A stretch of DNA of 64,000 nucleotides from a virus (lineage: Duplodnaviria > Caudoviricetes): the IMG/VR virus record IMGVR_UViG_3300035498_000263, positions 1 through 64,000 of that record, one strand, 5' to 3'. The notes below the pieces were generated by a model. That model did not search any database. It was not told the origin of the DNA and worked only from the letters and a program-made list of their open reading frames with translations. The number at the start of each line of letters is the position of its first letter. The stretch's first letter is position 1. Of this stretch, positions 8,848 to 19,840 are shown one piece after another. The translations under genes and the position numbers were made by a program.

Positions 8848-11800
8848 ATGGATATAGTTAAGAAATTGGATTTAAATAAAAATCCTAGACTAGTAGATAA
8901 TAATAGTTTAATATTTGCTAAGAATATTAAACTTGACCATTCGTCTTCTTATTTTACTAATGATGATGGATTTGAAGAAATTCCTATGCCTGATATACTT
9001 AGTTATACAGAAGAACAAATAAAGGATTATTATAGTAAGTATTCTGATTATAATAGTCTTGAAGAAATTAATAAGTTAGAAGATTATAATAAAAAATTAA
9101 AACAAACTGAAGATGATTATAATAAAGCTAAAGAAAATATAGAAAGTATTGAAAACGATTTTGATGAAAATTATAAAAGTCAAATAACTGCTCTTAATAA
9201 AGAACTTCAAGAAATAAGTACTGATTTACGTACTATTAATAATCAAATAGATAATTATGATTTTATAGTTAGTAATACTACTGGTCCTGTTCCTTCATTA
9301 GAAACATTACAACGTATTAGAACTGATTTAATTACTCGTCAAAATAATATTTTTGCTGAAACTAAAGAACTTAGAGAAAATTATCAATCTACATTAGAAA
9401 ATAGCGATGAATATAAAAATGCTTTAAACGAATATAATAAAGCAGAAGAAACATATACATTAGCTCAAGAAGAATATAATAACGCACTTGACAAATATAG
9501 TACAAATAAAGAAACATATGAAAATTATCTTAATGATAGATATAGTTTAATTGCTTCTTATCAAGGAAGTTCTTATTCAATTATAAATGCTTGTCCTACT
9601 AATAAAGACCTTATTCTTTTTGTTAAAAATGAAAAGAATATAGGTTTTATTTGTGTATTTAATGATGACGCAAAAGAAACAAGACTTGTTGCTTCTAATT
9701 GGAAATATAATGGTGGTAATATAGAATCAAGTGCAGTTTATAATGCTAAAAATGAACTTATTGTTACTTTTTCAGAATATGGATTTGATGATGATACATT
9801 AGTTCCAATTAAAAGTATTAATCTTGATGATGAAGATATTCTTAATTATGATGATAATGATTTTTCTATTTCTCCTGTAATTCCTACTGCTAACATGAAG
9901 TTGTTAGCTAAGAATGAACTTGCTACAATACCTAATGGTGTATATCAATTCTTTATTAGATATGAAGTAGTTAAAGATAATTATACTGCTTGGATGCCTA
10001 TAGGCGGTAGATATTATGCTATTAGTGAAGAATTTAAGAATATTATAAATTATAAAAGTAATACAAATGTTAGTACAGGAAAAACAGATTTAAATTATAA
10101 TTTAAATAATGCTAGTAAAGATGCATTTTATGGTTTTATATTTAATATAACAATAGAAGAATGTAATTATAAATATTTTCAACTAGGTTATATTTATTAT
10201 GGTAGTTCATCTGATACAATTGCTAGAATATTTAATAAATATGAAGTTAAATCTAATATAGTTATAAGTTTTGATGCTAATTACATTGAAGAAACAACTA
10301 TAGATTATTTATGCAAAAGTGTTCTTAGTTTATTTAATGTAAACAATATAGAACTTTTTGATAATAGACTTTATATTTCAAATTATCATGAAGTAAATAA
10401 TAATATTGATATAACTGAAGCTAAAAATATTAAAGTTAGATACATTACTGAAACAATTGAAAATGAAGAAACATATAGTAATTTTAAAAGAATATATACA
10501 GTTTATATAAAAAGAACTACAGGAAATGCTATTCCTGCTGGAGATAATTTTACTGCAACTGCTAAACTAGAATTTTCTTTAGATAAAACTGACGGTTATT
10601 ACAAACTTAAATATACTCAAACATTATGTAACTTGCTAGGAATAGATTATCATGATCCTAATAAAGCTTATTGTTATTATGGTCATTATTCTATTGAAAA
10701 TGATGAACCTATTCCTTTAAATACTCTTTATTTTATTGTAGAAAATAATAGAATATACGCAAAATTTACTGATAGAGATATAGTTGTAGATTGTTCTAAT
10801 TTTGTAACATATCCTTTAAATAACGTTGGTAGTACAGTTCTTCCTACATCTTTAATATTTAGCACTATTAAATATTCAAAAGGAACTTCATTATATGATG
10901 TTTCGGACAGTAAAATTGCATTACTTAATCCTAAATATCTAACAAGTGTATTTGATTATAAATATTCTAATGAACTTGAATATGAAGGCACATTTATGCC
11001 TAATGAAATATATAATTTTTATGTTCATTATGTAGATAAATTAGGAAATATTACTAATGGTATTAAATTAATTAATGACGCTTCTTCTATTATTGAAGGA
11101 AATAATGCTACTGATTTAATTGAAAATAATATAGAAGATTATTATGAATTTAATAATAGATTAAGATATTGTGATGTTATAAATAATGCTTCTGATGGAG
11201 TTTTAGGCTATTACGAAAATTCTTACGGTGATGTACTATTTAAAACTCCTAATGCTAACGGAGAAAAGATACATATTTATTTTGAAAATATAACTATTCC
11301 TGAAGGATATGTTTCTTGTTTCTTTAGTTATGAAAAAATTGAACCTACTGTATATGAAGGTTATTGCTATAAACGTGACGGAAGAGATTTTTACATTAAA
11401 GCTACTGATATTGAATTAGCATTACAAAATTATAAAGGAAAATATATTCACGTAAATGCTATAACTGATGATGGAACAGTAAAATATGTAAATTATTTAA
11501 TCAGTAATATAGAAATATATAAAAGTAATACAATAGGTTATTCAACAGGTAAACATGGATTTATAAAAATAACTATAGATGATATATATAATTTAGATTA
11601 TGTTGATAATCTTTTAAAAGCAGAAACGTTTAGTCTATTTATATGTAATGTAGGAACTTCTATATATCACAAAACTACTAAAACATTAATTAGATATACT
11701 GGATATTATTCATCAGATGAAGAAATTTTTTCTACTTATTTAAATAATGATAGTGATTATAATTATCCTTCATTTTATTGTCCAGATCCTGTAATAGTTT

Positions 11801-13302
11801 ATACTAAAGCTGTAACAGTTAGTGATACAGGTGTTTATGAAATAAGTGAAACTGACCTTTCATATCAAAATGTTATAACATCTTCTTTCAGTGTCAAGAT
11901 TGATTTTAATAAGTATTCTAATTTTAATCTTGCTGCGTTAAATGTTAAAACTGAACCACAAATTTTAGTTGTGCCTAATAATGGTAATAAAGATAATACA
12001 ACTAAAATAATTACTAAAGTTGTAGACCCAAGTTATCTAACAGATTTATTTGAACTTAAATCATGTTTTATAAGTCATGAACTTAAAACTTATGCTAATT
12101 ATGATTCAGATATAGAATATCTTGAAGAGTTTAATAACACTATTAGAAGAAGTTATACATTTCAAGATGAATCTATAAATAATGCTTTTAGAGAATTTGA
12201 TTCAGATGATTATCTTATGATTCCTAATAATAAAGGTAACATTGTTTCTCTTAAAGCATCTGGAACTAGATTTATGATTCATACTGAACATAGTTTATTT
12301 ATGTTTGATAGTTCTCCTAAACTTAAAAACACAACTAATCAAGATGTTCAATTAGGTAAAACTGATATATTTACTATGTCGCCTAGTGAAGTTTTTGCAT
12401 CTGAAAATGGTTATGGTGGACTTCAGGATAAAGAAGCTTCATGTATTGGTCTTTTTGGTTATGTTTGGTATGATAATGATAGTAATCAAATTTATTGTCT
12501 TGATGGTGAAAAATCATTTAATATATTATCTCTTCCAATAAATAAAATTCTATTTAAACATAAAGTTGTTAAAACTAGAATTGCTAATGAATTTTTTAGT
12601 AATAGACTTATAATTTGTTTTGAATTTGATACTCATGATACAGATACTAAGTCTATGACTATTAGTTATAATTATGCTGTAAAACAATTTATTAGTTTAC
12701 ATGATTTTAGTTTTAATAATAGTTGGTCTACTAAGAATTTCTGTTTTGTTACTAATGGTAATAAATTATATAGACTTTCTAATAGAGTTGTTGGTTATGG
12801 AGATTTAGCTACAGATAGTGATAAGATATTTTATTTTAATAAAGATAAATGTATTATTGATATTATTTGCAATGAAAGTTATGAAGTAGCTAAATCATTA
12901 GAGTCTATTAGTTATATACTTAGTAAATATAATGAAGAAGAAATCACATTAGATAAAAATCAACAAGATACTTCTGAACTTATGGCAGAAGATGATTTGG
13001 ATAGAACTTATAGTGGTGAAACACTTAGAATATATTCAGATTCTGCTGATACAGGTAATATTGATATTAGTCAAAATATATCTAATAATAAAAAACTTTC
13101 AAAGCTTGAATTTAGTAAATATCCTTGGTATGAAAAAGGTAGATGGAATTTTAATTATTTTAGAAATAAAATAAATAGAACTGATTTATCTTATGATGAT
13201 ATGAGTTTAGTATATGGTAAATATATTGTTGTTAGATTTATATTTAGCAATACTACTAAATTCAAACTTGAAACACTTACGTTTAATATAAAAGGTTATT
13301 AA
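8848..13302 (+). CDS. Tail stabilisation / muzzle protein (P22 gp10-like)
   Basis: 1484 aa starting KKLDL; GVYQFFIRYE, YNFYVHYVD, NKGNIVSL, GGLQDKEA and YEKGRWNFNYFRN motifs; syntenic position. Confidence 0.75.
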   Translation: MDIVKKLDLNKNPRLVDNNSLIFAKNIKLDHSSSYFTNDDGFEEIPMPDILSYTEEQIKDYYSKYSDYNSLEEINKLEDYNKKLKQTEDDYNKAKENIESIENDFDENYKSQITALNKELQEISTDLRTINNQIDNYDFIVSNTTGPVPSLETLQRIRTDLITRQNNIFAETKELRENYQSTLENSDEYKNALNEYNKAEETYTLAQEEYNNALDKYSTNKETYENYLNDRYSLIASYQGSSYSIINACPTNKDLILFVKNEKNIGFICVFNDDAKETRLVASNWKYNGGNIESSAVYNAKNELIVTFSEYGFDDDTLVPIKSINLDDEDILNYDDNDFSISPVIPTANMKLLAKNELATIPNGVYQFFIRYEVVKDNYTAWMPIGGRYYAISEEFKNIINYKSNTNVSTGKTDLNYNLNNASKDAFYGFIFNITIEECNYKYFQLGYIYYGSSSDTIARIFNKYEVKSNIVISFDANYIEETTIDYLCKSVLSLFNVNNIELFDNRLYISNYHEVNNNIDITEAKNIKVRYITETIENEETYSNFKRIYTVYIKRTTGNAIPAGDNFTATAKLEFSLDKTDGYYKLKYTQTLCNLLGIDYHDPNKAYCYYGHYSIENDEPIPLNTLYFIVENNRIYAKFTDRDIVVDCSNFVTYPLNNVGSTVLPTSLIFSTIKYSKGTSLYDVSDSKIALLNPKYLTSVFDYKYSNELEYEGTFMPNEIYNFYVHYVDKLGNITNGIKLINDASSIIEGNNATDLIENNIEDYYEFNNRLRYCDVINNASDGVLGYYENSYGDVLFKTPNANGEKIHIYFENITIPEGYVSCFFSYEKIEPTVYEGYCYKRDGRDFYIKATDIELALQNYKGKYIHVNAITDDGTVKYVNYLISNIEIYKSNTIGYSTGKHGFIKITIDDIYNLDYVDNLLKAETFSLFICNVGTSIYHKTTKTLIRYTGYYSSDEEIFSTYLNNDSDYNYPSFYCPDPVIVYTKAVTVSDTGVYEISETDLSYQNVITSSFSVKIDFNKYSNFNLAALNVKTEPQILVVPNNGNKDNTTKIITKVVDPSYLTDLFELKSCFISHELKTYANYDSDIEYLEEFNNTIRRSYTFQDESINNAFREFDSDDYLMIPNNKGNIVSLKASGTRFMIHTEHSLFMFDSSPKLKNTTNQDVQLGKTDIFTMSPSEVFASENGYGGLQDKEASCIGLFGYVWYDNDSNQIYCLDGEKSFNILSLPINKILFKHKVVKTRIANEFFSNRLIICFEFDTHDTDTKSMTISYNYAVKQFISLHDFSFNNSWSTKNFCFVTNGNKLYRLSNRVVGYGDLATDSDKIFYFNKDKCIIDIICNESYEVAKSLESISYILSKYNEEEITLDKNQQDTSELMAEDDLDRTYSGETLRIYSDSADTGNIDISQNISNNKKLSKLEFSKYPWYEKGRWNFNYFRNKINRTDLSYDDMSLVYGKYIVVRFIFSNTTKFKLETLTFNIKGY

Positions 13303-13305
13303 ATT

Positions 13306-16300
13306 ATGGGTAAAAGAAAATCTATTAAATCTATTAATGACACAAGATTTAATAATTGGTATAATGAATTAGCTAACAGAAGAGGTTGGACTAGTAAATG
13401 GAATGATAAAGAACAAGCTTATGACTATAAGACTTTCTTTAATGATAATCCTATTCAAGCTGCTATAATGCTGTATGATAGTCCTACTGCTCATTTTCCT
13501 GATACTTATAAACTTCCTAATCATCCTACATTTAGTAAATATAGTATGTATTCTAATGATGAAACTCCTGGAGGTGATTGGGTAACTAGATTAGGAATTA
13601 ATTATTATATTCCTAGTGAATATACAAAACAAAATATTAATGCTACAAGAGATTATCTACGAAATACAGGTGAAGGATATGTAGATGAAAATGGTTATAA
13701 TTTAGATATGAACGAAAATAGCTATAAATATGGTGGTCGTAGATCACTTAAATGTGGTGGTAATGAAAGACCTAAAGCATTTTGGGGTGCAGTAATTGGT
13801 GCTGTAGCTTCATTAGCTAGTAGCTTAATTGGAGCTTCATCATCTTCTAGTGCTGCTAAAAAACAATATGCTTTAAATCAAAAACAAGTTAATGCTCAAG
13901 AAGCTGCTAGTGCAACTCAAGCATATCAAGGAAATTATGATTTACAAAATGAATATGAAAATCAATTTAATAAAGTTGCTAGATATGGAACTATGAAAAA
14001 GATTGATGGAAATAGTAAATCAGATGGTAAAGCTACTATTACAGATGGTGGTAAGGCTATAAGAGTTGGTAGAGGATTATCTCTTCTACGGGGGAGGACT
14101 CATGAACAACTTGGAAGTGATGGCAAAACTGGTATTGGTATAAAGGTTGGAAATAATGAAATTGAAGCTGAAAATAATGAAGCTGCATTTACTAAAAATG
14201 GTAATCTTTATATACTTAGTGCTCAACCTATGATTAATGGTTATAGTCCTTCAGAACTCGCTGTTAATGGAATAGTTGATAAAAACACTGCTTATAATCT
14301 TCAAGAACAAGCTAAGAATGGAGCTAAAGTTACAAGAAGTTTGAGATGTGGTGGCAAGATTAGAAGAAAAGCTGAAGAAGGAGATGAAGTTTTAGGTACT
14401 AAATTTAATCCTACTGCTAGAATAGATTTTACTGAAGCTGTACCTGGTTTAGCAGAATATAAAAAATATATAGAAGACAGTAATAAAGTAAATCCTATAA
14501 CTACATATGGTATTTCTAGTGTTTTAAATGAAGATGCTTTGAATAATGAAAAAAATTATAGAAATACTTTATATAATATTGTAAAAGAAGAGGAAGATTT
14601 AAGACAAAAGCATGAAGATGAAGCGCGTGCAAGTTATGGTGATGAAACAGTTACTATGATGATTAACGGAACGCCTACTACTATGTCAAAAGATTTTATT
14701 GATAAAACTATATATAATGCTGGCAAATATGGATATGATCCATATTGGGCTATGGCTATTCCTGGTCAAGAAAGTTCGTATGGAACAGCAGTTTCAGAGG
14801 CTAATCCTGCTGCATTTTTTAACGCTCATGATTATTGGCAAAATTCTCCTGTTTTTGGAAATTATAAAGTAAATGAACCTTATGCTGACTTAATGTGGCA
14901 CGCAGCTCTATTAGTTAAACATCCAAAATATTATTCAAGATTAAAAGATAATGAATTAAATAGTGAATATAAAGATGTGTTTAATAACAAATATGTAGGA
15001 CAATATTATGGAAATGAAGGTAATAGAGATATAAAAGCATTAAATAGAGATGTAAAGTATTTTAGAGAAGTTTCTGATAAAGATTATTATAAAGCAAAAG
15101 ATATATATGATTGGATATTTAGAAGAGAAGCTTCCGGAAAATATAATCCTCTTGAACCTAATAATAGTATAGGTGATAGAAAAGCTAAAATACAAAATAG
15201 AATTAAAGAATTAAAGAATAGTAAAGATTTTATTAATTTTATGAATAATGAAGGTAATGAAATTTATCAAAGAGGTGTTGAAGAATATAATCGTAGACAA
15301 GCTGAAAAGCGTAATACTAAAGCATTTGGTGGTATGACTAATCGTAGGACTTTAAAAAATGGTGGGTCGCTATATGCCTCCCCCGTAGAAGACTCTGCTA
15401 ACAAAATCGAAAATTTGCCCATTTATTTGCGCCGTGTTGCAAGATTAGGTGGCAGCTTTACAACTAATCAGCAAAACAATTCAATGCGTCAGAACGCAAA
15501 TAAACGAGCAAAATTTTGGGATGGTGGTGACACGTCAAACTTAATTGCTGGACTTAGTAGTCTTGCAGGTAGTGCTATACAAGGTATTACATATAGTAAA
15601 ATGAAATCTCCTACAATGCCTCGTCTATATAGACCTCAAAGTTTTAAACTTAATTATAATGTAGCTCCTCAACTTGCTGAAGTAGAACGTGCTAGACAAT
15701 TAAGTACTGATTATACTAGAAGAAATACTGTTAGCTCTGCTACAGCAACTGATAGAGTTAATACTATAAATATGAATGCTGCTACTGAAGCTAATAAACT
15801 TTGGCAAACTAAAGAAAATCAGGAAACTGAAATGTTTAATAAGAATGCTGAGCAGATGAATATATATGGTGCTAAGAATGTTGAAGCAATGAATAATTAT
15901 TATAATGCTCTTACAGAGTTTAATAATAATAAGATTGCTGGTATTGCTAGTTCTATAAATGGTGGTCTTTCTGCTATTGGCAATTTTGCTACTAAATATG
16001 CTGAAAATCAAGAAACTCAAAATAGTAATACTATTAATCTTATGAGTAGTTTGATGGCTGCTAATCCAGAAACTGTTAGCTATGCTTTAGGTAATGATGA
16101 ATTTAGAAAAGCACTTGCCAAATCTGCAAATATAAATGTAAATGCATTAACTCAATTATTAGTTGATATTAATAGAAAGAAAGGTAATAATCCAACTATT
16201 GATACTACAACTATAACTAGTCCTAGTGAAAGTCAAGAAACTCCTACAAGTATTACAGGAACATCTACAAATATTACAGGAACACCTATGACTACACGTT

Positions 16301-16434
16301 GGCTAAATTATAAAAGTAGAATACTTAGAAAACCTAATACGTCTATTAATACAACATCTAATGATAGTGCTTTAAATTCACTTTTATATCCTAGAAAATA
16401 TTCACTATTATATACTCCTTATTCAATAGGATAA
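13306..16434 (+). CDS. Virion cargo / ejection protein with a predicted membrane helix and a lysozyme-like (SLT) domain
   Basis: AFWGAVIGAVASLASSLIG helix, GRTHEQ..GIGI...EAENNE core, KYGYDP..A.AI..QES motif; first gene after the muzzle. Confidence 0.7.
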   Translation: MGKRKSIKSINDTRFNNWYNELANRRGWTSKWNDKEQAYDYKTFFNDNPIQAAIMLYDSPTAHFPDTYKLPNHPTFSKYSMYSNDETPGGDWVTRLGINYYIPSEYTKQNINATRDYLRNTGEGYVDENGYNLDMNENSYKYGGRRSLKCGGNERPKAFWGAVIGAVASLASSLIGASSSSSAAKKQYALNQKQVNAQEAASATQAYQGNYDLQNEYENQFNKVARYGTMKKIDGNSKSDGKATITDGGKAIRVGRGLSLLRGRTHEQLGSDGKTGIGIKVGNNEIEAENNEAAFTKNGNLYILSAQPMINGYSPSELAVNGIVDKNTAYNLQEQAKNGAKVTRSLRCGGKIRRKAEEGDEVLGTKFNPTARIDFTEAVPGLAEYKKYIEDSNKVNPITTYGISSVLNEDALNNEKNYRNTLYNIVKEEEDLRQKHEDEARASYGDETVTMMINGTPTTMSKDFIDKTIYNAGKYGYDPYWAMAIPGQESSYGTAVSEANPAAFFNAHDYWQNSPVFGNYKVNEPYADLMWHAALLVKHPKYYSRLKDNELNSEYKDVFNNKYVGQYYGNEGNRDIKALNRDVKYFREVSDKDYYKAKDIYDWIFRREASGKYNPLEPNNSIGDRKAKIQNRIKELKNSKDFINFMNNEGNEIYQRGVEEYNRRQAEKRNTKAFGGMTNRRTLKNGGSLYASPVEDSANKIENLPIYLRRVARLGGSFTTNQQNNSMRQNANKRAKFWDGGDTSNLIAGLSSLAGSAIQGITYSKMKSPTMPRLYRPQSFKLNYNVAPQLAEVERARQLSTDYTRRNTVSSATATDRVNTINMNAATEANKLWQTKENQETEMFNKNAEQMNIYGAKNVEAMNNYYNALTEFNNNKIAGIASSINGGLSAIGNFATKYAENQETQNSNTINLMSSLMAANPETVSYALGNDEFRKALAKSANINVNALTQLLVDINRKKGNNPTIDTTTITSPSESQETPTSITGTSTNITGTPMTTRWLNYKSRILRKPNTSINTTSNDSALNSLLYPRKYSLLYTPYSIG

Positions 16435-16471
16435 ATTATATTTGTAGCAAAACTTTTAAATATATAACATT

Positions 16472-19400
16472 ATGGCACTTCCTGTAATTGAAAATGTAAA
16501 TGTTACTCCATATACTATGAAGGATAGAGATTATTCTGTCCTTCGTAGTAATTTAAATACTATGGACCAAAAGCATCTTCAGGCTATTTCTAATCGTGCT
16601 GAAATGCAAAAAACATTAAGTGATATTGAATTAGATCCTAGTGAAGATGAGTGGAAAGCTAATTATATTAATGAACTATTAGACAAAATAGATGCTAATG
16701 TTGAACAAGATAGCGGTTACTATGGAAATGCTCTTGCAGCGTCTATTGCTGTTGGACGTGAATATGCTTCTGATCCTAAATTAAAAACTAGAATTAGAGA
16801 TAACGCTGACCATAAAGCTTTTGTTGCTCAAATAAATGCTAGACAAGATTTACCTCAAGATTATAAAGATTGGGCTATTGAAAATAATCCTTATTATCAT
16901 ATTGATAAGCGAGAAGGCGAAACTGATGATAGCGCAAAACAACATAGAATTTGGGATGCACAACGTGAAGTAAATCCTGAAATGGCTACTTCTTATCCTG
17001 AAATGGATAATCCTATAACAGGAGCTGTTCAATGGAAACCTAATAAAACTCCTGCTACTCATCTTGATCATTTTAGTTTATTTGTAAAAGCAGCTACTAC
17101 TGTTGCTGTTAATAAAGGTGATGACTCAAAGCTTTATTATAAAAGAGCTGATGGCAACGGTTATACAACTGATATTAATGAAGCTGGAGATAATCCTTTA
17201 CCTTATTATAGACAAGGTGAGCAATTTGAATCACTTGATGAAGATGAACTTCGCCAAGCAATGAAAGATTATGCTGATTCACATCCTGAAGTTAAATCTA
17301 GTCTTCAAGATGATATGTCAGTTGGTTTTTGGAAGATGCAAAAAGAAGGTGCTACATATCAAGATGGCACATGGAGAGATGCTAATGGAAATACTATTGC
17401 AAATGAATTTACAGATACAACTGGTGCTCCATTATCTTTAAATAGATATATTGATAGTATTATAAATCCTATGGCTAGTAGAATGTCATATTATAATACT
17501 ACAAATAAAATATATGCTGAATATAGTTCTTTAACTTCTTCAAATAAAGGAAGTTCAAAAGGATTGTTTGGAGATGCTACTACTAATTTAATGCGCAATA
17601 CTCCTAGTGTTTCAACAGGAACAATGGAAAGAGGTATTGATGGAATTGAATCATTACTTGGAGGTAAAGCAGTTTGTGAAAATGATATTAAATCATTAGC
17701 TACTAATTTAGGAATAAATGTTGATAAATACGGTACTTATTATGATGACCTTTGTAATGAAGTAATTGATAGATTAAGTAGAATAGAAAATCCTACTGAT
17801 ACACATTTAAATATGCTTAGACAAGCAATTGCTTTAAGGTCAAAATATTCTGATATTAATTTTAATATTGATGCTAATGTAGATCAAAAAGGTGAATTAG
17901 CTAGAGCTATTGATTTTACTTCTAAAGTTGAAAATGGTTTAACAATAGAATATCCTGATGCAAAACGTGCTGGTGGGCAAACTAGTGAAGAAGATCGTCC
18001 TATAGTTGATATGTATAATATGATTAATACTGTTTATGGCTATACTGGTCATCCTGATTATAAATGGTATAATCATTTATATCCTTCAACTGAATATTCT
18101 GCGTTTACTAAATATACAACATCACCTTTTACTCTTAGACATTCAAATAACAAAGCTCTTGAAAAAGTAGGAGGCAGAGATATTGGTAATAGCGTTGATT
18201 TTAGAAATGATGTTATTTATGTAGGATACGAAACAGGACTATCTATCAAAGATTTATCCGAGATTGGTATAAAAGATAATATACCTGGTATAAGTCTTGT
18301 AGAAGGTAAAATTGCTGTTTCAGAAACTGCCAAACAATATTTACCTTATATACTTAATCAAATTAAAAACAATTCTACTTTTGGTTATCAGTTATTTAAA
18401 GAAACTATAGAACCTGATAGTAACAAACCTAAAAATGTTTATATATATAGAAGAGGTAATGAAGAAATACGACGTGACGCATTAAGTCCTTCTATTGAAG
18501 CTAATGGATGGATATATGATAGAACAGAAACTGTATATGATGGTGGTATTCCAACTGAAACTAGTTTTTGGTCTAAAGCAGGTTCACTTTTGACTAATTC
18601 TTTTTCTTCAATGGTAAGTAATTGGGATAATAGAGTATTAGATGATGATACTTCATTTAAAGGAATAGTTAAAGATATATTTACTCCTGGTCCTATATAT
18701 CGTAAATTTACTAAGCCTGCAAAACGTAATTATATTAGAGTTCTTGATCCTGGTATTCTTGATTATTATAATGCTAGCAAAAAAGTAATTCAAAATGCTA
18801 AAGAAGGTAAAGATTCTAAAGGCGAACCTTTAACTGATGTTTCTTATATTGAAGGCGATAATAATACTTTACAAAGAGTTGTTCAAGAAACTGTAAACTT
18901 TACAGGTTTTGATGATTTATATCAGCAATTATATGATTATGCAGGTGTAGATGCAACTGAATATGAAAGATATAATAAACTTGTTAGAGAAACATTTAAT
19001 GCTTATAGACCAGATGATGGACATAAAATGTATGTTACTTCAAAAGATGGTATAATTAGAGAAGTTAAATCGACTACTCTTAAACAAGCTATTTTACGTG
19101 CGGTTACAGCTTATGATGATAATCGTGTTCATTATGGACTTGATGGAAACAAACGCAACTCTGTAATTAAAATTGATGCTAATATAGGAAGTAGTAATAA
19201 AACAGATGAACATCAAGGTAGTAGTTTTTATTATTTAATTGCAAATGAGTTAGGTCTTAAAGGTAATTCTACTGAAATGAATAAGTTTGGAATTGATTTT
19301 AATAGAGAACTTACAATAGTTTTACCTGATATGGATAACAGTCCTCTTATGCAAGAGTTTAAAAATAATCCTGGTTTTGTTGGTAAAAATGTTATTGATG

Positions 19401-19837
19401 ACCATAGATTAGCTGGTAGAAAATATTTTAAACAAGGTAGTTTTAGTTTTGCTATAGACTTTGAAGGAGCAGGTTCTGTTTATGGTTTGCTAGGAGAGGA
19501 TAATGATGGAAACGAAATTCCTATTAAATTTGGTGATAAAAATCAATTTGAAACTTTTGTAGGCTATACAAATAATATGTCTAGTTTTAATAGTGATTTA
19601 AAGTTTGCTTGTTTTAGGAAAAATAGTATGTATGAATGGAAAAGAGCTTTTGCAAGTCATGATAATACTTGGTTAAATCAAAATCTACATGACCCTAGTA
19701 TTACTCCATATACTAATGAATTAGTAAAATTATTTGCTAATACATTTCCTAAATCATCTAATCAATCTAATGAAGATTATGCAAATATGCTAAATTCTTA
19801 TGTATATACTATTATTGAAAATCTTATAAATCATTAA
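16472..19837 (+). CDS. Virion cargo / ejection protein
   Basis: 1121 aa; the N-terminus LNTMDQKH..AI...L.DIELDPSEDEWK matches the recalled crAss cargo family; synteny. Confidence 0.65.
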   Translation: MALPVIENVNVTPYTMKDRDYSVLRSNLNTMDQKHLQAISNRAEMQKTLSDIELDPSEDEWKANYINELLDKIDANVEQDSGYYGNALAASIAVGREYASDPKLKTRIRDNADHKAFVAQINARQDLPQDYKDWAIENNPYYHIDKREGETDDSAKQHRIWDAQREVNPEMATSYPEMDNPITGAVQWKPNKTPATHLDHFSLFVKAATTVAVNKGDDSKLYYKRADGNGYTTDINEAGDNPLPYYRQGEQFESLDEDELRQAMKDYADSHPEVKSSLQDDMSVGFWKMQKEGATYQDGTWRDANGNTIANEFTDTTGAPLSLNRYIDSIINPMASRMSYYNTTNKIYAEYSSLTSSNKGSSKGLFGDATTNLMRNTPSVSTGTMERGIDGIESLLGGKAVCENDIKSLATNLGINVDKYGTYYDDLCNEVIDRLSRIENPTDTHLNMLRQAIALRSKYSDINFNIDANVDQKGELARAIDFTSKVENGLTIEYPDAKRAGGQTSEEDRPIVDMYNMINTVYGYTGHPDYKWYNHLYPSTEYSAFTKYTTSPFTLRHSNNKALEKVGGRDIGNSVDFRNDVIYVGYETGLSIKDLSEIGIKDNIPGISLVEGKIAVSETAKQYLPYILNQIKNNSTFGYQLFKETIEPDSNKPKNVYIYRRGNEEIRRDALSPSIEANGWIYDRTETVYDGGIPTETSFWSKAGSLLTNSFSSMVSNWDNRVLDDDTSFKGIVKDIFTPGPIYRKFTKPAKRNYIRVLDPGILDYYNASKKVIQNAKEGKDSKGEPLTDVSYIEGDNNTLQRVVQETVNFTGFDDLYQQLYDYAGVDATEYERYNKLVRETFNAYRPDDGHKMYVTSKDGIIREVKSTTLKQAILRAVTAYDDNRVHYGLDGNKRNSVIKIDANIGSSNKTDEHQGSSFYYLIANELGLKGNSTEMNKFGIDFNRELTIVLPDMDNSPLMQEFKNNPGFVGKNVIDDHRLAGRKYFKQGSFSFAIDFEGAGSVYGLLGEDNDGNEIPIKFGDKNQFETFVGYTNNMSSFNSDLKFACFRKNSMYEWKRAFASHDNTWLNQNLHDPSITPYTNELVKLFANTFPKSSNQSNEDYANMLNSYVYTIIENLINH

Positions 19838-19840
19838 ATT

